Shown here: positions 1 to 6,531 of the stretch, piece after piece
Numbering within the stretch: the stretch's first letter is position 1
Layout: each line of letters starts with the position of its first letter
From: Paraspadella gotoi
Lineage: Eukaryota; Animalia; Chaetognatha
Reading direction: 5' to 3'
Length of the DNA stretch: 9,091 bases
Assembly: GCA_051294375.1 (NCBI GenBank)
Contig: CM119267.1
Span: forward strand, 26,791,938-26,801,028
The notes under the pieces: model-generated
What the model was told of the DNA's origin: nothing
Seen by the model: only the letters and a program-made list of their open reading frames with translations
Databases searched by the model: none
Translations under genes and position numbers: made by a program

Positions 1-216
1 GCCGGTTGTCTGGCGTTTCCGCCGGTGGACGTGCTCCTACAGCGGTCTTCCGGCGCGTAGGCGTCCGGGCCTTCTTCCCTTGGCGTCGTGGCTAGCTCCT
101 CCACTGCTTGTGCGAGGTCGGCCATCCTTCGGGCGAGAGTTCTTGTTTCGGCGGCCGCTTGGCGTGATTCCGCCACGGCGCGGCGGAACTCTACCTTGTT
201 GTCATTGATCAAGGCC
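1..216 (-). repeat. Second, in-frame copy of the gag-like segment (direct repeat of 2152-2359); continues beyond the window start
   Basis: Aligns to 2152-2359 with 3 A/G substitutions and 6 small indels (8 nt net missing from the other copy). The minus strand is open throughout: ALINDNKVEFRRAVAESRQAAAETRTLARRMADLAQAVEELATTPREEGPDAYAPEDRCRSTSTGGNARQP. Confidence 0.95.
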
Positions 217-225
217 GAGAAGAGA

Positions 226-430
226 TCAGTCTTTCTCTATAGTGATCGGCCCGTTTCCTGTCGTTACTCTTAGTGGGTTTCCACTATAAATCTTGCTTGC
301 TAGCGACCATTCGTCTACAAACCTCCTCGTATTGTGTTTATGGAGGCCCCTGTGTCGTGTAGGCAGCTGGCTGGTGCTCCATTTATTACTGCAGGATATA
401 GCTGTTTCTGCGTGTCTAAAGCCTTACCTG
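226..430 (-). pseudogene. Retropepsin-type aspartic protease domain, frameshifted and truncated
   Basis: Translation LYPAVINGAPASCLHDTGASINTI has the DTG catalytic motif at 348-356 preceded by the typical V/I-N-G strand. After a frameshift it continues FVDEWSLASKIYSGNPLRVTTGNGPITIEK, resembling the flap motif (V..ANG). Confidence 0.8.
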
Positions 431-2717
431 TATCATCTCTCGGTTTCGGACCTTTTGTTTTCTCTGTTGGACGGGGCGCCTCTGGCGGTGAATCGGGTAA
501 CCGCGGGGGCATTTGTTCGTCTTTCCTGGATTCTTCTTTGTGACGGGCATTGTCAGTGTCTCCGGCTCATGGCACATCCGTTCGATCTTTCTGATCGTCT
601 CCTCGTGTAATGACTCGCCTTGGTTAGTTCGACGATTGTGTATGTCGGATTATAAACCATCTTTCTCGACTTTACTCCGCCGAATTCGACAAACGTCCTA
701 AGTCTGGCTTTGGCTTTGCCTTGTTTTTGCTTTTCCGCTTTGGCTTGCGGGGCTGCGGGGCGGGGGTGTTGCTTCCATTCGCCTACCGTTTTCCCGGTTC
801 GCCGCCTTTTTGCAGAGCTTTTCGCACGCTTTCAAAGCGTTTGACGTGTGCTAATTTGTCTTTAATGGAGAAGTTTTCCATGGGGCTTCTGATTCTTTGA
901 CTATCGCTACAGCTAACAAGTGTCTGTCTTTGGCCCTAGTGGGCGAACAGTTTATACAGTCTAGCTGCTGAGTCCTTGCCTTTGAATTTCATTGCTGTTT
1001 TTGCGAAGTCGGCGAATCTCGCTAAGGCGTCAGATGGATGCCATTTCTTTGCGGCATTTTTGATTCTGTCAGCGGCGTCGTTTGCTAGCTTTGCCGCTTT
1101 CACCCTCTCCGGGGGTTTTCCTTTTTCTGTCTTGGGATCGGTAATAATAAGCAATTGTAATTTTCGAAAGCTTTATTAGTGGTTTGGACATCATCTAATT
1201 CATCGGTTACAATCGCGTCTCTGCGCCTAAATTCAAATCTATCCCTTCGGAAATTCTTGTCTGTGCGGGCCTGTCTGCCCTGCCAGCGCCTGTCGCCTCC
1301 CCCTTCGTGTCTGTCGCGCGCCATTTCTGGGCGTCTGGCGTCCCTGGGTTGGCGACCTCTCCATTTGCCGTCGTCTTTCTTTGCTTCGACGGCCCTTTGG
1401 ATCGCTGACATGCTTTTTGTGAGCTTCTCCTTTAGCTCATGCGTGTTGTTTTGCTTCTTGCATCATTGCTCCCTGGTATAGGGCGTTCGCGCTTTCGGCG
1501 GGTTCTTGTCGCTTAGCCCTTCTTCAGGAGCGAGTCCGTGAGGATTTGGCGGTCGTTTTCCTTCACGGAATTTATGAAGCGGCGAGCGGTGCTTCCGATT
1601 TATATCCGTACGTTTCGAGCCAACCACGTAGGATCCACTCGATTTCTTTTCCTAGTTCTCGACGCTTCCCTGTGTCGATGAGATTTCTGAATTTGAGTAC
1701 TTCCCTTGAGATGCCAGGGGGCGTACGGATCCAGCGCCTTCGTCAGTAGGCGGGCGACGTAGCGCGAGACCGCGTCACGTTTCTTCGGCGCGACGCAGTC
1801 GAACTTCTTGTAGATGGAGTTCACTAGTGGGAGTCCATATTCGGAGTGTTCCTTTGGGTCCACTTTCACCACTATCTTCTCGGCTATCTCTGCCGCTGTG
1901 ACGCGATGACTCTTTGCACATCGCTTCGAGGCCTTTCATAGGCTGCCGCCGATTGGTCGACGTACCAATTTGCCTCTTTCGTCACGTGCGAGGACGGCCT
2001 GTAGTTGCTCATTCACCTCTTTCTTCGAAAATCGCAGTTTTTGAGGTTCCTGTAGATGCCTCTCAGGAACTCCATCGGCTTCTCCCCTTCTCGTCGCCTG
2101 TCCATCTTAATCGGCGCCGTGAGAGCGGGTTCGCTGAGATCGAGCGGCGGAGCCGGTTGTCTGGCGTTTCCGCGTGGACGTGCTCCTACGGCGGTTCCGG
2201 CGCGTAGGCGTCCGGGCCTTCTTCCCTGGCGTCGTGGCAGCTCCTCCATGCTTGTGCGAGGTCGGCCATCCTTCGGGCAAGAGTTCTTGTTTCGCGGCCG
2301 CTTGGCGTGATTCCGCCGCGGCGCGGCGGAACTCTACCTTGTTGTCATTGATCAAGGCCAATATCTCCGTAATGGCGGCTCCCATGTTGCCTTTCTCCTT
2401 CCGCGACCCTTCTTAGGTTCTCGTCCAGGTTTAGGAGGTGCGGTTTTGCTGTTGTTGTCCGATGTCCCGTTGGCGGCGGTGCTATATTCGTCGTCAACAG
2501 TTTAATCTTGTCAGCCGGCCGTAAGGTCTTCCATTGATTGGCAGGGCTCGGTTCTGCCGTCGTGATAGCGATCATCCCAGTCCGTCTGTCTAAGTAGGCC
2601 CCACCAAACCTTGCGTGGCCATCCGACGTCTTCTCTCCGGTTGGCGCGGTGGGTTGTAGTGGCGGTATCGCGTCCTTGCCAGCCCCCTTCTCACCAATGC
2701 CAAGCAAGTTTCGCCAT
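431..2717 (-). pseudogene. Gag-like polyprotein region with multiple frameshifts
   Basis: Lies between the candidate PBS and the protease; ATG at 2715-2717. ORF fragments join by 1-2 nt shifts, and the cleaner duplicate at 1-216 shows the reading frame is truly open. No CCHC zinc knuckle recognised, so the call is positional. Confidence 0.55.
2152..2359 (-). repeat. Direct repeat copy of 1-216 (indel-damaged copy)
   Basis: GCCGGTTGTCTGGCGTTTCC...TTGTCATTGATCAAGGCC is shared with 1-216. Confidence 0.95.
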
Positions 2718-2868
2718 GTCTAAATGGACCGGATTTAGCTTTTGGCTCAATTTTGTTTGGTGAGCGGGCCCGAATGTTTGTGCTTTCTTTTTTCTTTATT
2801 TCTGCGTAGGTTTGGAGTCTCTTCGGTATTTTTCGTTTCGCGTGGTTTAAGTTTATCCTTGTTTTCGT

Positions 2869-2890
2869 TTCGATTCCGTCGCTAACACCA
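2869..2890 (-). promoter_or_regulatory. Candidate primer binding site of the LTR retrotransposon
   Basis: The + strand reads TTCGATTCCGTCGCTAACACCA, resembling a tRNA T-loop plus 3' end with CCA (one base shorter than canonical spacing). The minus strand starts TGG, ~170 nt upstream of the gag ATG. No CA LTR end adjoins it. Confidence 0.4.
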
Positions 2891-3003
2891 CTTAGCCGTT
2901 TTCACTGCTTTCGATGATGCTTAAATAATCACGATGGAAATAGACAACGAGCAAAATGTTATTTACTTATTTACAATCGATAACGCAATGTGAGTAAAAT
3001 ATT

Positions 3004-3028
3004 NNNNNNNNNNNNNNNNNNNNNNNNN
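3004..3028. other. Assembly gap (25 N)
   Basis: Run of 25 N. Confidence 1.
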
Positions 3029-3060
3029 GAGATAGAAAATCTATTGCAACCATTCGGGCC

Positions 3061-3118
3061 GAGGGCAGAGAGAGGGAGAGTGGGAGGGAGAGAGTGGGAG
3101 GGAGATAGAGAGAGAGAG
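3061..3118 (+). repeat. GA-rich low-complexity / imperfect (GA)n tract
   Basis: GAGGGCAGAGAGAGGGAGAGTGGGAGGGAGAGAGTGGGAGGGAGATAGAGAGAGAGAG, with an internal duplication of GAGAGTGGGAGGGAGA. Confidence 0.85.
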
Positions 3119-3168
3119 TTCACGTTGATCGAAATAGAGTGGAGGTGGATCCCATATCCGCTGACGAT

Positions 3169-3487
3169 GTGAATGACATGCCTTCAGCTGCTATGACCAC
3201 TGTGAACGGTTAGTGGATTTGAATCTGCCTAACATTCCACTTAAAAGTTGGCAGCAAATCCATCGCCAGTTGAGGCATGTTGTCAGAGAATTCCTGTTGT
3301 TGCTGTTGATAGAAATTCAACTTTTATTTTATTGTACATTTATTAAGCCTCAACTGGCGATGGACTTTCTGCCAACTTTTAATTGAAGAGACCTAAGAGG
3401 CTTCTTGAAGGCAAAGTGGAATGTTAGGCAGATTCAAATCCACTAACCGTTCACAGCGGTCATTGCAGCTGAAGGCATGTCATTCAC
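3169..3487. mobile_element. Palindromic MITE/foldback element, 319 bp
   Basis: Outer inverted arms 3169-3242 and 3414-3487 (74 bp, 2 mismatches); inner inverted arms 3241-3276 and 3347-3382 (36 bp). A 31-bp segment (3383-3413) is present on the right side only. No coding capacity and no clear outer TSD. Confidence 0.85.
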
Positions 3488-3592
3488 TTATTAAACCAAA
3501 GTAGTAGCCTAGTGGCCATCTGTTAAGTTTCGGCTCTCAACCCGAATGTAGCATAGTTTAAGAATGTATGTATAACTGTAATATTAATTCAG

Positions 3593-3728
3593 AGAGAGGT
3601 TGTCTTTTTTATCCGAGGTCTTTGCTGCGTCGGGAATCAAAAAAAAGGAAAAGCGACTCGCGAAAATTTGCGGATCTTGGATCTTGCGCCTTCTTCTTTG
3701 GGAGATGCTTCTCGGAAAAGGAATTCAG
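3593..3728 (+). CDS. NSUN5: Internal exon of NSUN5/Rcm1-like 25S/28S rRNA cytosine-C5 methyltransferase (N-terminal region)
   Basis: TTCAG acceptor (3588-3592) and CAG|GT donor at 3729. Translation ERLSFLSEVFAASGIKKKEKRLAKICGSWILRLLLWEMLLGKGIQ parallels the NSUN5 segment recalled as LDAVIASAGLLRAEKKL...VLVYELLLGKG. Not in the ORF track because it has no start codon. The exact acceptor is uncertain (AGAGAG run). Confidence 0.8.
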
Positions 3729-3799
3729 GTTCTCAGCGTCTTCATTTTAATCTTTATTTCTTTTAATAAATAATGATCTTTTCATACATTTCCTAAAAG

Positions 3800-4003
3800 G
3801 GAAAGAACCAAACAGAAAAACTCTTGTTGAGGCACAAAACTCTCCTCAAGGCAGAATTTGCTCGACTTAAAGTCAAGCGTGGCGCCAAATCCAATAACGA
3901 GCTGGTGGCGTCGACGACAATGACGACGACGATTCCCAGATACGTCAGAGTCAACACCATCAGACTGTCGATGGAAGACGCCGTCAAGGATTTCCTCCTT
4001 CAG
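3800..4003 (+). CDS. NSUN5: Internal exon of NSUN5/Rcm1-like rRNA m5C methyltransferase
   Basis: AG acceptor at 3798-3799 and CAG|GT donor at 4004; in frame with the previous exon across a 71-nt phase-0 intron (3729-3799). Translation GKNQTEKLLLRHKTLLKAEFARLKVKRGAKSNNELVASTTMTTTIPRYVRVNTIRLSMEDAVKDFLLQ has the NSUN5 hallmarks RH..LKAE.ARLKV.RG and PR[YF]VRVNT. Confidence 0.9.
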
Positions 4004-4363
4004 GTTTCTTCCATTTATCGTCGCAATCGCTTGCGCTCGCGACGATTTTGTGACGATGGTCCCCATAAATGTCGTCGTCGGCGTTCCAAATTATAGATCG
4101 CCTTTTCTAATATTATTTGTAATTGTATAAAGCTGAAAATTTAGATTTATATTCTCATCATCAAGGTCCTTGAAAACTGATGAGGTTATACATGAAATGT
4201 GTTTTGTTTACATTTTATATAAACAAAACAATTATATTTTTGTGTCTCTCTCTCTTTTTTCTCCTCATCCTCCTATGATGGAAAAATAATTGTCGCGGTT
4301 TGGAAAAGTCGGTTCATTTCATTGTCAAATATATTTTATGGCTGGTTAATATGTTTTAATATA

Positions 4364-4962
4364 CAGAAGGCTTCATATTACAAAATGTAGTACCCCTTTT
4401 TTGTGACCAGAATCTGTTCCCACCAAACTACCCAATCAAATTTAATAAAATTTTACATTTAGAGTGCTAATGACTATATAAATGGAACTATCGAGGCGAA
4501 TTTTGATATTCAACCCCTGGGGGGCCAAAAAATGCTAAAATTTTTTTTTTATTTTTCAAGTTTTTTTAGTAGCATCAGGTGCATTGACATTTTAAACATA
4601 AGAAAAAAACATTTTAGAACTAAAATTGATAAATTTGCAATAATTAAGCATGGTTGAAGATGCATGGTTCATCGTTTTACTTGCAATTTTCCCAAATTAT
4701 TCCAAATCTGACTTTAACTGCTGATGTTCATGAAGCTAAAAATTAAGGAAAATGAATATTATTGAGGTAATAAATATGTTTTTGTGGAAGAGTAAACGTC
4801 TTAGCTTAGGGGTTGAATGTAAAAATTCGCCTCGATAGTTCCATTTGTATCACTACTGGTACTCCGCATGCAAAATTTCATTAAATTCTATTCAGTAGTT
4901 TTCTCGGAACGTGTTCTGGTCACAAAAAAGGGGAACCACATTTTATAATGTGAAGCCTTCTG
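4364..4962. mobile_element. Tc1/mariner-type MITE, 599 bp, ~155-bp TIRs, TA target site duplication
   Basis: TA|CAGAAGGCTTCA...TGAAGCCTTCTG|TA. Imperfect TIRs 4364-4518 and 4808-4962 share blocks such as AAATGGAACTATCGAGGCGAATTTT and CCCCTTTTTTGTGACCAGAA. AT-rich non-coding core. Confidence 0.92.
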
Positions 4963-5452
4963 TATAATATAACCTCCCTAGAACTGAATATAAAAAAATA
5001 TTTCTCAACAGCATTAAATTATTTAATGCATTCAAATACTTCCAACAGAGGTGTTCTCCAACTGTTTTCACCTCTTTTTGATCAAGAGGACATTATTGTT
5101 AATATTAATCTCTGACATAATATTTTTTATCAGATTTAGGGCAAAAAATTGCCCATGGCAAACAGTGAAAATGACTGATCCCTATTAAGTAAACCAGGCT
5201 TGAGTTGTTGCTGCATAATGTGATGATGCATTGTCTTTCATTTCAACAATTTTTTTTTTGGTTATGATAATACATCCACATGTAAATGAAAATGATAAAT
5301 TTGCTCATAGGTTACCCGGAGATTTATAACTTTTATTGATACTTTACAATATAAAAAGAATATTCTGGAGCATCTATAGCATTAATGTATTTTTAATACC
5401 GCTGTAGAAGACGAAAAATAGTAATAATAAAAGTAAGAAAAAGGTGAAGAAT

Positions 5453-5835
5453 TGTGACGATGTAAGAAAAGTAGAAAAGAAGTGAGTCTCGCTCTCTCCT
5501 GATCCACTTTTATCATCGCCCGGACCAACTTGACCTTACGGTCAATCTAAGGTCATTGCCAAAGCTGGGGCAAAGTGACCGTGTGGATTGACCTGCTCGG
5601 AGAAAAAAGAGAGAGGAAGGGTTTAAAGAGAGAGACCGGTGGTAAGTCGCCTCACCGCTCTTTTTTGACATATGAATTTAGATTCATCCCTGAATCTCTC
5701 TTAATGGAGATGATGCAAAAACCATTTGACATGAGACTGAGAAAAGGTAGTAATGGTAATAGTAATGGTTTAATTCAAAAAGTAATAAAAAAGGACCGGA
5801 AATTAGTATAAATAAAGAGTGTAGATATCATCACA
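5453..5835 (+). mobile_element. Candidate solo LTR (383 bp)
   Basis: Begins TGTGACGAT and ends ATCATCACA (8/9 inverted match, TG...CA). AATAAA at 5811-5816 lies ~20 nt before the end. Higher GC than the surrounding intron. Flanks are GAAGAAT and GAGGAAT (6/7), with no exact 4-6 bp TSD. Confidence 0.5.
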
Positions 5836-5878
5836 GAGGAATGAAACCCGGAAACAGAGGAAAGGTTTAAGGAAGAGG

Positions 5879-6041
5879 ATTCTGGAACGATTTCGAACGG
5901 AATTTTGGAAATCCAAGAACCAAGAACAATACTTTCCGGAAGAGGAAAAGAAGGTTCCAGAAGAGGAGGATTCCGGAAGAGGAATCTGGCTTCGTCCACT
6001 TGCCCATTATAAATAGCCTCTGTATCTGCTTTGATTCACTG
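5879..6041 (+). promoter_or_regulatory. Pol II promoter-like module: heat-shock elements, TATA box, initiator
   Basis: Perfect 3-unit HSE aGAAg-gTTCc-aGAAg at 5949-5963; further TTCnnGAA dyads near 5880, 5934 and 5971; TATAAATA at 6008-6015; TTCACT Inr-like motif with its A at 6038, 30 nt from the start of the TATA box. Confidence 0.6.
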
Positions 6042-6097
6042 TCTGAAAATTGACACCGTCCTTCTCTTGTCTATTTTCTGTCTTCCTCTACTTAATG

Positions 6098-6140
6098 TGG
6101 TGGCAGTGGTGGGATTCGAACCCACGCCTCCAGTGAGACT
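6098..6140 (-). pseudogene. 3' half of tRNA-Leu (AAG/TAG type) including CCA; retro-copied fragment / extended primer binding site
   Basis: Minus strand AGTCTCACTGGAGGC-GTGGG-TTCGAAT-CCCAC-CACTGCC-A-CCA: long variable arm, perfect T-arm, acceptor 3' strand, discriminator A and CCA. Closely resembles metazoan tRNA-Leu as recalled. The anticodon and 5' half are absent, so it is not a functional tRNA gene. Confidence 0.9.
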
Positions 6141-6486
6141 TAAATGATATGAAAAAGATAAAAAAAGAAGGAAGCATTTTTTTGAACAACTCATTTTCTT
6201 TTGCATTGAACTGTTGTATTTTTTGTCGTACATAAATGAGAAACAGCTCATATGAATCACAAAAAGCCAAAGTTTCTCGATATCTAAATTGGAAAGTAAC
6301 CGCGACAATTTTTTTTTTCATCATGGTACCTTAGCTTTGAACGCTAATTACTTTTGTGGATTGCCGATAGGGCGATTGTCCTGAGCTTTTGTCTGTGGGT
6401 TGAGAAGCATATGATCAAGCTGGAAGTTTCGATGGAATTACACATAACAATTTAATTTTGCTTTTCATACCAAATGTAAATGATTC

Positions 6487-6531
6487 CGCTTATGACACAA
6501 TGAAAAATGGCGTAACGTTACTGTTCCGTGC
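6487..6531 (+). repeat. Orphan TIR related to the 8659-9091 element
   Basis: CGCTTATGACACAATGAAAAATGGCGTAACGTTACTGTTCCGTGC resembles 9049-9091 CGCTTAGGACACAATGAAAAATAACGTGGCGTTACTGTCTCGT. Confidence 0.75.

Larger units (their letters stand above)
217..2890 (-). mobile_element. LTR retrotransposon internal region (5' UTR, gag-like ORF, aspartic protease), fragmented by frameshifts and truncated within the protease
   Basis: GC-rich block with a chain of overlapping minus-strand ORF fragments (2345-2707, 2107-2385, 2013-2249, 1600-1872, 1100-1411, 936-1154, 315-512) ending in a retropepsin motif. A PBS-like TGG sequence lies at 2890. No RT, RNase H or integrase in the window, so the superfamily is not determined; Ty3/Gypsy-like is a guess. 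Confidence 0.7.
5403..6097 (+). mobile_element. Candidate outer LTR-like element, interrupted by the 5453-5835 insertion and followed by a tRNA-complementary sequence
   Basis: Starts TGTAGAAG; purine-rich U3-like tract with TTCnnGAA repeats, TATA box and Inr, then a TGG-initiated tRNA complement at 6098. It lacks a canonical CA end, so boundaries are uncertain. Confidence 0.4.
4275..6324. repeat. Pair of ~26-bp inverted repeats (4275-4300 and 6298-6324), possible TIRs of an older DNA element enclosing nested insertions
   Basis: ATGATGGAAAAATAATTGTCGCGGTT versus AACCGCGACAATTTTTTTTTTCATCAT. They could instead be ends of two independent copies. Confidence 0.55.

Noticed and set aside
88-2416. 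Plus-strand ORFs of 60-105 aa over the retroelement
   Set aside because: Antisense shadows of a GC-rich minus-strand coding region; no motifs.
2891-3168. 5' LTR of the left retrotransposon spanning the gap
   Set aside because: Positionally plausible, but there are no clean TG...CA termini, no second copy for comparison, and the gap interrupts it.
3568-3750. ORF track 60-aa protein
   Set aside because: Wrong frame; the NSUN5-like exon is in a different frame of the same DNA.
4004-4096. C-terminal part of ORF 3824-4096 as coding
   Set aside because: NSUN5 similarity ends at the CAG|GT donor; the remainder is intron read-through.
5011-5161. Small palindromes (GCATTAAAT-T-ATTTAATGC; AGAGGTG...CACCTCT; GGGCAA...TTGCCC)
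   Set aside because: Short stems expected by chance in AT-rich, TE-derived DNA; no supporting context.
6098-6140. Prophage or integrative-element att site (tRNA 3' end duplication)
   Set aside because: The context is eukaryotic (spliced gene, MITEs), the tRNA is eukaryote-type, and there is no integrase or second copy in the window.
6098-6180. Complete tRNA-Leu gene
   Set aside because: Similarity stops at 6140; no anticodon loop, D-arm or 5' acceptor strand.
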